DNA of 32,000 bases from Acinetobacter wanghuae (GTDB lineage Bacteria > Pseudomonadota > Gammaproteobacteria > Pseudomonadales > Moraxellaceae). The stretch lies in assembly GCF_009557235.1 (NCBI RefSeq), contig NZ_CP045650.1, positions 1,530,001 through 1,562,000 of the forward strand. The letters are read 5' to 3'. Numbering within the stretch: position 1 is the first letter of the stretch; each line of letters opens with the position of its first letter. The notes below the pieces were generated by a model that was not told where the DNA came from, searched no databases, and saw nothing but the letters and a program-made list of their open reading frames with translations. The position numbers and the translations under genes were made by a program. This document shows, one piece after another, positions 15,030 through 23,796 of this stretch.

Positions 15030-17777
15030 TTAAAGTTGCGAACCAATAAAGAAGTGAATTCGAATTGGTTTATTATCATCTGAAAGCCCCGATGCGACAT
15101 CAATTCGAATCGGTCCAATCGGTGATGCCCAGCGAATACCAAGACCTGCACCATAAGCAGTCGGGTTACTGAAATCTTTATCATAGGCATTACCGGCATC
15201 GGCAAAGACCGCAGCGCGCCAACCTTCTTTAAACTGATAATTATATTCGAGTGAGCCAATTCCTAAAGCTTGTCCACCAATTTTAAATCCATCAATTTCA
15301 GGTGATAAACTCTTGTAGTCGAAACCACGAATACTTTGGTCACCGCCACTAAAGTATCTTAAGTTATACGGTACTTTAGTGAAATCTTCTGTGAAAATAT
15401 AGCCAAGATCGGCACGACCGACAAATTGATGATCGGCATTATCCCCAAGCGAATAAATAAAACGCCAACCCGCATTGGCGATTGCCATATTGACATCAGT
15501 CAGCAAGTTATCGCTGCCCACTTCAACTTTATAGGTTTGTTTAAAGCCCTTGGTTGGATTGACACGTTTATTACTATCACTACGTGAAATCTCATAACCA
15601 AATAACAGTGACTGTTGATTGTCATTGCCACTCATCAAGAAGGCATCTGGAATATCTTCCACATACGCCCAACCATCTTGATTCAAACGATCCATACGAT
15701 AACGCACGCCGTAGGTATGCTGCCAACTGCCACGTGGGTTTTTAATAATACGGTCCGCACCAATCACCGCAGATTCAATCGTTAAGCCATTGCCTTTGGC
15801 AACACCCTCGCGTTCTTCACGTTCGTAACCACCGACTAGACTAATATAATCATTTAATGGATGGTGATAAGGAATGTTGTAACGTGCATCGATAGATTGA
15901 CGGATTTTAGAAAGTTCTAAGTTGGCATCAAAGGAGTGTCCGCGTTTATTCACAATCGCACGGCGATACTGACCACGTAAACGCGTGCCGGTATCTGTAC
16001 CATAACCAAGACCAACTTCTGCACTGTTTAAACGATCTGCATTTAAAGTCACAATCACAGGAATTTCTTTCTGCTCACGCGCTTGTTGTTTCAAGCGCTC
16101 TTGCTCTGTATTTTTATTGTCTTGCTCGGTTTGTAGGGTTCTTAAATTACCATTTTCAAGTTCAGTGACACCGGCAAATTGATCTTCATTGACCACATTT
16201 TGAGTCACTTCTTGATCAGATGCGAAGTCTGTTGTGTTAATTGGCATCACTGATTGTTCGTTAAGTTTTTGTTGATCGACCAAGAGTTGTAAGTCTGGTG
16301 CAAGTTCCAATGGTTTTTCAAGAGGATCAGGCTTTACAGCATCCACTAAGGTGTAGTTAAAATAACGCGAGTTGGTTAAATTATTGGCAAGACCATTTAC
16401 ACGCCAGAAGGTATAATCTGCACCCTCTTTCCACGTCACCAAACTTTCTAATACATCAGGATCTAGAGGAAACTCCCGCGTTGGATCACTCATGCGAAAT
16501 TCAACATTACCGAGTTTATAACGATCACCCGTTTCATATTTGAGTTGAATATCTGCTGTGTTCTGCGGCTGAGCAACTTTAACATCGTGTAAGCGCCAAT
16601 AGGCATCGAAATAACCATTATTATTTGCAGCTTCGACAATTCGTGCTTTGGTCTTGTCATAAGCCCCGTGATTAAACACATCGCCTTCTTCTTGTTCAGG
16701 CAATACGCCAATCACTTGGAATTGCGCTTTATCGGCACCTGCGCCTGAAAATTCAATATTTTGCTTTTCAATAATGACTGGTTCATTCGGTGTCACTATG
16801 ACACGCACGCGACTGTCTGATATTTTTTCAAACTTAAATGCGGCATTATAAAAACCAACGGCTTGCGCTGCCTGATTGGTGAGTTCCCTCAACTGCGGCA
16901 ATGCCGATGCATAGTCACCAAAGGATTCTTGAGTAAAACTTGAGAGTTTGGCTGCAATATTGGTTTTTAAATTTTCAAGCGGTTGCGATTCAGTACCCTT
17001 AGCAAACAATAAACTTGTTTGTGCTGTTGCATTTTCACTATTGATAATCACATCGGCATTAATACGCGGCACTTTGGTCGCACTGATTTGACGCCCAGGA
17101 CGTACTCTATAAAGCAACCGTTTGAAGAAATTGGGCTCTTTGGCATCGTTGGGAGTGGCAACTGTAGATGCTGCTAAGGTATTGGCATTTTCATTCCGCT
17201 CGACAATAATTTGGCTGTCTGCACGAATGCTTTGCATCAACTGATCAACATTGACAGGCGCTTGGTTAATAGCGGTCAGTTCTTGTTTTGAGATCTCAGC
17301 AATCACCATTTCATTTTGTTGGGTTTGACGATAAGTCGCTGCTTCTTTTTTTGCTTGTTCTGCGACTTGATAAATTTCATTCGCTAAATTTTGATCAATG
17401 GCTTCAATCGGCAGCTCTTCGAGATCTTCAAATTGAATCGGCTGAAATGCTGCTTGGTTCAGTCCTAGATTTTGTTGCTGCTCTAACATTTGGACACTAT
17501 CGAAATGCGCTTCTGGCGCTAAAGCATTTTCAATTTTTTCGATGGCATCCGACTTATTCTGACTCACCCCTTGTTGAATCGCTTCGTCAGCCAAAACCTC
17601 TATTTTATCATTACGCTCAATAGCGACTGGCGTTTCAACTTGCTCTGCCTGTGCGATTTGCTGACCACTCATCATTAAAAACAAACTCATGCACAAGCGT
17701 GAATGATAACGATGTTGGACAGGACCATTCATACTCAGATGAAGTGTCGTTTTTTTAAAACTTTTTTTTGCAGGCAT
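15030..17777 (-). CDS. tamA: outer-membrane TamA (Omp85/BamA-family) with a long N-terminal extension
   Basis: 915 aa. POTRA-like repeats start at about residue 230. The C-terminal 16-strand barrel-type sequence ends in '...IRIHFFIGSQL'. It sits 34 nt upstream of tamB. Confidence 0.85.
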   Translation of the reverse strand: MPAKKSFKKTTLHLSMNGPVQHRYHSRLCMSLFLMMSGQQIAQAEQVETPVAIERNDKIEVLADEAIQQGVSQNKSDAIEKIENALAPEAHFDSVQMLEQQQNLGLNQAAFQPIQFEDLEELPIEAIDQNLANEIYQVAEQAKKEAATYRQTQQNEMVIAEISKQELTAINQAPVNVDQLMQSIRADSQIIVERNENANTLAASTVATPNDAKEPNFFKRLLYRVRPGRQISATKVPRINADVIINSENATAQTSLLFAKGTESQPLENLKTNIAAKLSSFTQESFGDYASALPQLRELTNQAAQAVGFYNAAFKFEKISDSRVRVIVTPNEPVIIEKQNIEFSGAGADKAQFQVIGVLPEQEEGDVFNHGAYDKTKARIVEAANNNGYFDAYWRLHDVKVAQPQNTADIQLKYETGDRYKLGNVEFRMSDPTREFPLDPDVLESLVTWKEGADYTFWRVNGLANNLTNSRYFNYTLVDAVKPDPLEKPLELAPDLQLLVDQQKLNEQSVMPINTTDFASDQEVTQNVVNEDQFAGVTELENGNLRTLQTEQDNKNTEQERLKQQAREQKEIPVIVTLNADRLNSAEVGLGYGTDTGTRLRGQYRRAIVNKRGHSFDANLELSKIRQSIDARYNIPYHHPLNDYISLVGGYEREEREGVAKGNGLTIESAVIGADRIIKNPRGSWQHTYGVRYRMDRLNQDGWAYVEDIPDAFLMSGNDNQQSLLFGYEISRSDSNKRVNPTKGFKQTYKVEVGSDNLLTDVNMAIANAGWRFIYSLGDNADHQFVGRADLGYIFTEDFTKVPYNLRYFSGGDQSIRGFDYKSLSPEIDGFKIGGQALGIGSLEYNYQFKEGWRAAVFADAGNAYDKDFSNPTAYGAGLGIRWASPIGPIRIDVASGLSDDNKPIRIHFFIGSQL

Positions 17778-17943
17778 AGCAAACTCTAAACGAATACATT
17801 CTGTAATTGATTATTTGACCAAAGAATATAAGCTAAGGAACTTAAATCTAGTGGTTTTGCCATATCCATGGTCGAAACTATCTTACATGATTTTTATCAA
17901 TGTTGATGAATCACTGACATTTCTTCATAAAACTTAATGTAGC

Positions 17944-19272
17944 ATGCCGAATATGGATAAGAATGAACATTTGCTCGCCACGCGACGCTTTTTACCAATG
18001 TTTCTCACACAGTTTTTTGGGGCGCTTAACGACAATGTCTTTAAACAAGCATTATTATTGGTCATTACCTATGGCTGGATTCAACAACAAGCTGCCAGCA
18101 TTAGTACGCTCAATAACTTAGCTGCATTACTGTTTATCTTACCCTATTTCATTTTCTCAGCAACGGCAGGTCAAATTGCCGATAAATGTGAACGCTCACA
18201 ACTGATTCGTTATCTTAAATTACTTGAAATCGGGATTATGTTACTGGGTACAGTCGGCTTCTTATTGGGCAATTTATGGATTTTGCTTGCTGCATTGTTT
18301 TTAATGGGCACGCATTCGACTTTCTTCGGTCCCATTAAATATGCAATTTTGCCGGAAATTTTAAAGCCTAATGAACTCATGTCTGGCAATGCCTTATTCC
18401 AATCGGGTACGTCCATTGCAATTTTAATCGGCATGATCTTGGGCGGTGCGGTTATCTCACTCTCGCAAGGCAATTTAATTTGGATTAGTTTGACGGTGGT
18501 CAGTATTGCCGTGATGGGCTATTTAACCAGTCGTTTTATTTTAAAACAAAGCGCGCCTGCGCCTGAATTAAATATTGATTGGAACTTTTTTAGAACCAGC
18601 TTTCAAACCTTAAAATATGCCAAAAGCTTACCCTTGGTGTTTTTAATTCTGCTCGGTAACTCATGGTATTGGTTCTACGGTGCAACTTATCTCACCCAAA
18701 TTCCACAATTGACCTTACAAGTACTACATGCCTCTGAAAATGTCGCAAGCTTGTTACTAACATTTTTCTCTGTCGGAATTGGCTTAGGCTCTTTTTTATG
18801 TCGCAAACTAGGTGGCAGTGAAGTCAATATTAAAATGGTACCCATCGGTGCAATTGGCTTAACGGTATTTGCCCTTTATTTGGCAGCAAGTTTGGCTTTT
18901 GTGCCTGCACACACAGGCGCATTGATTGGTTTATCTGAGGTATTCCATCAAGGTTGGAGTTATTACCATGTCATGCTGGCAGTCACGCTACTTGGGATTA
19001 GTGGTGGTTTTTACATCGTTCCCCTCTATGCCATGATGCAAGCTTACTCTCCTCGCTCACATCGTGCGCGTGTAGTCGCTGCCAATAACATACTGAATGC
19101 CATTTTTATGGTGACATCTGCTATATTTTCAATTGTCATTTTAAGTATTTTAAATTTTGACCTTAAAGTACTCTTTTGTATGACAGCAGTGCTGAGCGGC
19201 ATATTTACGCTAGTGTTACTGATTAAACTGAAACCGATGATCAAAACCGCAAAAGCGGATTTGGAGGATTAA
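17944..19272 (+). CDS. MFS transporter, LplT-like (lysophospholipid transporter family)
   Basis: 442 aa with about 12 TM helices. 'FLTQFFGALNDNVFKQALLL', 'AGQIADK' and 'FGPIKYAILPE' parallel the E. coli LplT motifs ('FLSAFGDNALL', 'GQVAD', 'SPAKYGILGE') as I recall them. Confidence 0.7.
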   Translation: MPNMDKNEHLLATRRFLPMFLTQFFGALNDNVFKQALLLVITYGWIQQQAASISTLNNLAALLFILPYFIFSATAGQIADKCERSQLIRYLKLLEIGIMLLGTVGFLLGNLWILLAALFLMGTHSTFFGPIKYAILPEILKPNELMSGNALFQSGTSIAILIGMILGGAVISLSQGNLIWISLTVVSIAVMGYLTSRFILKQSAPAPELNIDWNFFRTSFQTLKYAKSLPLVFLILLGNSWYWFYGATYLTQIPQLTLQVLHASENVASLLLTFFSVGIGLGSFLCRKLGGSEVNIKMVPIGAIGLTVFALYLAASLAFVPAHTGALIGLSEVFHQGWSYYHVMLAVTLLGISGGFYIVPLYAMMQAYSPRSHRARVVAANNILNAIFMVTSAIFSIVILSILNFDLKVLFCMTAVLSGIFTLVLLIKLKPMIKTAKADLED

Positions 19273-19275
19273 TTC

Positions 19276-19911
19276 ATGCGTCAATTTAGCGGCGTCGACA
19301 AGCTGATTCATTCTTTTGACCAAGCATTACGTAGCCTTGTTCCGGGTGCAACATCCGCACAGCGTGAAAATCCTGCCAAATCTGAAGATACACAACTCAT
19401 GGTGTCTGATGCGCGTCATGTGGCAGGCTTAATGCGTGTGAATCATACTGGTGAAGTGTGCGCGCAAGCGTTGTATCACGGTCAAGCCATGACCGCAAAA
19501 CTCCCGAATGTACGCCGCGAAATGCAACAGGCTGCCGTTGAAGAACAAGATCATTTGGCGTGGTGTGAAGACCGTTTAAAAGAGCTGGATAGTCATACCA
19601 GTTTACTGAATCCCGTTTGGTACAGTTTATCGTTTGGTATGGGTGCACTCGCTGGTATTGCTGGCGATAAATATAGCTTAGGCTTTGTGGCTGAAACTGA
19701 ACGACAAGTCAGCTTACATTTAGAAGACCATATTCGTCAGCTACCTGAGCATGATGAACGTTCACGTAAAATTTTACTACAAATGAATGAAGATGAACTG
19801 CATCATCGTGATACAGCTTTAAATGCAGGTGGCGTCGATTTGCCTGCACCTGTACGTATTGCAATGACGGGCATTTCAAAAATTATGACCAAGACCAGTT
19901 ATTATATTTAA
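19276..19911 (+). CDS. coq7: demethoxyubiquinone hydroxylase (Coq7 family di-iron monooxygenase)
   Basis: 211 aa. 'RVNHTGEVCAQALYHGQ' plus two E-x-x-H iron motifs ('EEQDH', 'EDELHH'). A GGAGGA SD lies 7 nt upstream, inside the end of the preceding gene. Confidence 0.9.
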   Translation: MRQFSGVDKLIHSFDQALRSLVPGATSAQRENPAKSEDTQLMVSDARHVAGLMRVNHTGEVCAQALYHGQAMTAKLPNVRREMQQAAVEEQDHLAWCEDRLKELDSHTSLLNPVWYSLSFGMGALAGIAGDKYSLGFVAETERQVSLHLEDHIRQLPEHDERSRKILLQMNEDELHHRDTALNAGGVDLPAPVRIAMTGISKIMTKTSYYI

Positions 19912-19923
19912 TCGTTGCTTATC

Positions 19924-19952
19924 AAAAAGCCCATTCCATATGGGCTTTTTTC
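19924..19952. terminator. bidirectional rho-independent terminator between coq7 and the convergent lipoprotein gene
   Basis: aaaaagccca-ttccata-tgggctttttt. Confidence 0.8.
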
Positions 19953-19971
19953 TGTCTAAAAATTTTTCGCT

Positions 19972-20523
19972 TTATAAACTATGTTGCCGTTTAAAGCGCG
20001 TTAACTGACGATCTGCCTCAAAATAGTTAAACTCAATTCTTTCTTGTTGAATGCGTAATTCTGCTAGGCGTTTTCGATATTGTTCACGTGTTTCTTTCGA
20101 TAGATCGCGATCTAATAAATACTGTTGATAACGTTCCAGTTCATCAAATAATTCATCCTTCGCTTTACGCGCTTGATAATAGCTGATTGCAGTCTCATGA
20201 AAAGGTCGCAACGCACTGTGACGCTCCACTGGACAAACTTGATAATTGCCCGCACCATTTAAACTGGCATTAAAAATTACACCTGGCTGACAATACTGAG
20301 CCAAACCTTGTTGATAGCCGATTTGATAAAGCGTTTGATTGGGTTGAATATCGCCTTTAAGACAGGCTTTTTCATAGGCTGCAATGCGAGAGGCTCGACC
20401 TGCTACACCATCTTTTTCTCCAATTTGAGTCCAATTGGCATGTTGACACTCTTCAACAGACATTGCTGCACAGCCACTCAGCATAACAACAATCGCAACG
20501 AGACTTAATCGGATGATATTCAT
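19972..20523 (-). CDS. DUF2799-like lipoprotein
   Basis: The track start at 20529 is TTG, so the ATG at 20523 is preferred. Signal plus lipobox: 'MNIIRLSLVAIVVMLSG|C'. 'C..ANWTQIGEKDGVAGR' and a repeated Y..GY..GL..YC pattern match what I recall for DUF2799. Confidence 0.65.
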   Translation of the reverse strand: MNIIRLSLVAIVVMLSGCAAMSVEECQHANWTQIGEKDGVAGRASRIAAYEKACLKGDIQPNQTLYQIGYQQGLAQYCQPGVIFNASLNGAGNYQVCPVERHSALRPFHETAISYYQARKAKDELFDELERYQQYLLDRDLSKETREQYRKRLAELRIQQERIEFNYFEADRQLTRFKRQHSL

Positions 20524-20664
20524 AAGCAAATCAATGGGTCCTATTGATAGATGATTACATCAAATGCGTTTAAATTATAAAAGCGAAAAACAGTCGATTC
20601 AATTTAACGCCAACATGCCGATATTTTAATTCAATATCTTGAATAAATTTAATTTCTAATTAAT

Positions 20665-21105
20665 TTAAGTATCGAGTAATACTTTAGGGTATTTCAAAAA
20701 TGAAGCATATTGAAAAGCGGGATGCAGCCACACATCCATCATTGGAATTTTCACATCAAGAGCCAATGGCAATTTTTTCGGATTAAATTGCATCTGGGTT
20801 AAATCTAGTCCCCATGCGATCAAATCAACATCTAAACTAATTTGATGCGAAGGACGAATACGACCTGAATCAGCTTCCATTTGCTTTAATGCTTGCATCA
20901 TCTGATCCACCGACATTGTAGACTTCACCAAACATGCCGCATTCCAATAATCAACACCAATCCCATCACGACATGGAATAATATAAATGGGAGAAAATTG
21001 CGTGCTCCCCCATTTTGAAATACCGTGCTGTGCAGCCTGAAAATGTTGCTGAGGATGACAATTACTCGCCAATGCTAGGGCGAAAATCGTTTCGGTGGCG
21101 TTCAA
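20665..21105 (-). CDS. divergent 6-hydroxymethyl-7,8-dihydropterin pyrophosphokinase (HPPK/FolK)-like protein
   Basis: It is in the classical position downstream of folB. It has an HPPK-like outline ('IFALALASN', 'SPIYIIP', 'SGRIR', 'SLDVDLIAWG'). The start is TTG and overlaps folB by 44 nt. Several canonical motifs appear degenerate. Confidence 0.55.
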   Translation of the reverse strand: MNATETIFALALASNCHPQQHFQAAQHGISKWGSTQFSPIYIIPCRDGIGVDYWNAACLVKSTMSVDQMMQALKQMEADSGRIRPSHQISLDVDLIAWGLDLTQMQFNPKKLPLALDVKIPMMDVWLHPAFQYASFLKYPKVLLDT

Positions 21106-21442
21106 GACGTATCCCTACAGATTGTGCTTGCGCGATAATGGCAGGCTTACGGATCGTAATCTTAATCGATTCAATGGCTTTAAAGGTAGTAAAAAGTGCA
21201 TTCAGCACTAACTTTGCTGCATGTTCAATCAATTCAGGTTTAGCTTCTTGAATTACCCGCGCAGAAATCTCACAGATCTCGGCATAATTAAGGGTATCTG
21301 CAAGTGCATCTGAATTGGATGCCTGTTCTAGACTTGTCTGAATCACGAGATCAAGCAGTAGAGGTTGAATAATTTGGCGTTCCCAATCAAAACAGCCCAC
21401 GACTGTTTCAACTTTTAAGCCTTCGATAATAATCGCGTCCAT
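21062..21442 (-). CDS. folB: dihydroneopterin aldolase
   Basis: 126 aa. 'MDAIIIEGLKVETVVGCFDWERQIIQPLLLDL...DTLNYAEI' parallels E. coli FolB ('MDIVFIEQLSVITTIGVYDWEQTIEQKLVFDI...DCLSYADI'). Confidence 0.85.
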   Translation of the reverse strand: MDAIIIEGLKVETVVGCFDWERQIIQPLLLDLVIQTSLEQASNSDALADTLNYAEICEISARVIQEAKPELIEHAAKLVLNALFTTFKAIESIKITIRKPAIIAQAQSVGIRLERHRNDFRPSIGE

Positions 21443-21473
21443 ATTTTGCTCTGGGATTTAAAATTGCTTCAAT

Positions 21474-21505
21474 AATCTCCCTAAATCCCTCTTTAAAAAG
21501 AGGGA
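21474..21505 (+). repeat. REP-like palindromic element, copy A
   Basis: aatctccctaaatccctctttaaaaagaggga, containing the hairpin tccctct/agaggga. Confidence 0.5.
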
Positions 21506-21541
21506 CTTTTCACATCTCAACGTATTTCTACGAGCATGTCT

Positions 21542-21578
21542 CTCCTCCCTTTTTTAAAGGGAGGTTGGGAGGGATTTT
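21542..21578 (-). repeat. REP-like palindromic element, copy B (inverted relative to A)
   Basis: ctcctccctttttta-aagggaggttgggagggattt. Its reverse complement (aaatccctcccaacctccctttaaaaaagggaggag) aligns with copy A. It contains the hairpin cctcccttt/aaagggagg and lies directly after the stop of the ABC1 kinase gene. Confidence 0.5.
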
Positions 21579-21586
21579 TATTTAAG

Positions 21587-22900
21587 TTAATGCTTTAACA
21601 ACACATTCGGATCAAGATCCTGAATCATCTGTAAACGTTGATCCGCATAGATATCGGTATACGGCGCCAAGATACGCATGAAACGATCAAAATACAGCAT
21701 TTGTTTAAATAGCAGCGCAAAATCACGTGGGAAACGAATACCATGACGTTCACCCACTGCCACCATATCCATCATAATGTCGTTCAAATCCGCAGGGTTT
21801 GAGCTGAGCAATTCTTGCGGGTCAGCCATGAGCACACCACTAAACAAACGCTCTAAATCCGCAGATAACACGTTGGTATCAATCGCGACATCCGTCATGC
21901 CCATTTTCAGCATGTTTTCAGCCATTAAATCGTAATTGGTATTTTGTAAGGCATCCATAAATGCAATACATGCTGTCCATACTTGAGGATTTAACTGCCC
22001 AACAATACCAAAATCAATGAAGCCAACACGACCATCTTCAAGCAACATCAGGTTTCCTGCATGCAAGTCAGCATGGAAACTTTCACACATCATGAGGCTG
22101 CCAAACCATGTGTTCATCGCTGTAATTAAAACTTGCGATGGATCTTTAGAAACCTTTTTGACCACATCAAAATCAGTTAATGGTACGCCATACAAACGCT
22201 GCATGGTGAGTACACGACGGGTTGAATATTGATGATAAACTTTTGGGGCTATGGCTGCCTGGTTATTGGTCACATTTAAATAATTGACGAAATCATCTAG
22301 GTTTTTGGCTTCTTCGATAAAATCAACTTCACGCACCATACGGGTTTTGATTTCATCGACAATATCAGCTAAAGACGCAAATTTAACTTTCGGTACAGCC
22401 TTTTCAAGCAATTTTGCTGACCAATGCAACACGTTTAAATCGGTATAAAGAATCGTTTCAACACCTGGCTTTTGAACTTTAATGACAACGTCTTCACCGC
22501 TCACCAATTTCGCTGCATGCACTTGCGCAATGGATGCAGAACCTAACGGTTTTTCATCAATGGAAGCAAAAATCTCATCCAAATTACGCTCTGCAAACTC
22601 AGACGCCAAAACTTGTTGGACATAACTAAACGGTAAGCTTGGTGTTTGATCTAAACAACCTTGGAATTCTTCCACGAACTCACGTGGAAACAACGACGGC
22701 GTACTGGCAATAAATTGTCCAAGTTTGATGTAGGTTGAACCTAAGTCTTCAAACGTTTCACGCATTAAACGTGCATTGCTTGGTTTTTCGGTGGCGTACT
22801 TAATGCCTGCTTTTGCAGCAATGACGGCAGTTTCACCCACCCGCGCTACAGAACGCAATCCATCTAGGAAGATATTATTTTTCATCATGTCAGCGTACAT
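21587..22900 (-). CDS. ABC1/AarF/UbiB-family atypical protein kinase
   Basis: 437 aa. 'KLGQFIASTPSLFP', 'GSASIAQVHAAKL..GEDVVIKVQKPGV', 'HADLHAGNLML' and 'IDFGIVG' are hallmark ABC1 motifs. It lacks the C-terminal TM region of canonical UbiB, so I do not call it ubiB. Confidence 0.85.
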   Translation of the reverse strand: MYADMMKNNIFLDGLRSVARVGETAVIAAKAGIKYATEKPSNARLMRETFEDLGSTYIKLGQFIASTPSLFPREFVEEFQGCLDQTPSLPFSYVQQVLASEFAERNLDEIFASIDEKPLGSASIAQVHAAKLVSGEDVVIKVQKPGVETILYTDLNVLHWSAKLLEKAVPKVKFASLADIVDEIKTRMVREVDFIEEAKNLDDFVNYLNVTNNQAAIAPKVYHQYSTRRVLTMQRLYGVPLTDFDVVKKVSKDPSQVLITAMNTWFGSLMMCESFHADLHAGNLMLLEDGRVGFIDFGIVGQLNPQVWTACIAFMDALQNTNYDLMAENMLKMGMTDVAIDTNVLSADLERLFSGVLMADPQELLSSNPADLNDIMMDMVAVGERHGIRFPRDFALLFKQMLYFDRFMRILAPYTDIYADQRLQMIQDLDPNVLLKH

Positions 22901-23213
22901 TGAAATTTGCTTGAGTGTAACAAATATTCGGCATAAAACAGGCTTATCTTGCCTGACAAATACGATAATTTTCTTGTATGCAACTTATTTAAACCATCAC
23001 CACCCTAAAATATTGATTCTATTTCAATGAAATACTGCCTAGTTTTGATTAATGTTATCGCGGTTGTGACTGATATAAGCAGAATGATTGGATTCTGTAG
23101 TGCTTGTATTCGATTGCGTATGAAAATGTATATGTTCAGTGAAAGCTGCTGATTCTGAGCCTATATACACTTAAGCTGCATAGCGTTATCGACTTTACGA
23201 TATGGAGAATCTC

Positions 23214-23726
23214 ATGACAGAACAAAATACAACGCATCAAGAACGTGAAAAATTATGGGAACTGATTAAAGACGTACGCTTTTGCATGATTAGCCATCAA
23301 ACCAATGCGCAAGACATTCATGCTCAGCCGATGACGATGCTCAATTCAGAAAAGTTAGATGAAAGTGAAAATCTGTATTTCCTTCTAAAAGACAGTAATG
23401 ACATTGTCACTGCAATTCAGGCGGGACATAAGCAAATTGGTTTAGCCTTCTCTAAGCCATCGGATGATATTTATGTCTCAATTAGCGCACATGGCAGTAT
23501 TAGCACCGATCAAGCACTGATTGAAAAACTTTGGAATCCTTGGGCAGAAAATTGGTTCGATGGCAAAGACGACCCCACTGTGCGTGTATTGGTCGCCAAA
23601 GCCATTAGCGCAGAATATTGGAATGTCACTGATAATAAAGTGACCAGTTTGTTTAAAGTACTAAAAGCCAATGTCACCGGCAAAACTGAAGAACCAAATA
23701 GTGAACATCAAAAGTTAGAACTGTAG
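23214..23726 (+). CDS. pyridoxamine 5'-phosphate oxidase-like 'general stress protein 26' family protein
   Basis: GGAG lies 6 nt before the ATG at 23214 (the track start at 23202 contains that SD). '...LWELIKDVRFCMIS...', 'LYFLLKDSNDIV' and 'LWNPWAENWFDGKDDPTVRVLVAKAISAEYW' fit the family pattern. Confidence 0.7.
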   Translation: MTEQNTTHQEREKLWELIKDVRFCMISHQTNAQDIHAQPMTMLNSEKLDESENLYFLLKDSNDIVTAIQAGHKQIGLAFSKPSDDIYVSISAHGSISTDQALIEKLWNPWAENWFDGKDDPTVRVLVAKAISAEYWNVTDNKVTSLFKVLKANVTGKTEEPNSEHQKLEL

Positions 23727-23754
23727 TCTCGACTCATTCATCTGAACTGGTTAA

Positions 23755-23782
23755 GAAAGCCTCTTTGATAGAGGCTTTTTTC
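23755..23782. terminator. rho-independent terminator between convergent genes
   Basis: agcctct-ttgat-agaggct + tttttt. Confidence 0.7.
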
Positions 23783-23796
23783 ATATAAAGTTAAGC

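Noticed and set aside
15011-15259. 82-aa minus-strand ORF overlapping the 3' end of tamA
   Set aside because: It is an alternative frame of the conserved TamA barrel C-terminus and runs into the tamA-tamB spacer. It has no SD and no recognisable product.
21015-21251. 78-aa + ORF antisense to the folB / HPPK-like overlap
   Set aside because: It is a shadow ORF opposite two same-strand biosynthetic genes, with no signals.
22776-23030. 84-aa + ORF spanning the 5' end of the ABC1-kinase gene and its promoter region
   Set aside because: It is antisense to the conserved kinase N-terminus for half its length and has no SD or homology pattern. The remainder is AT-rich promoter DNA.
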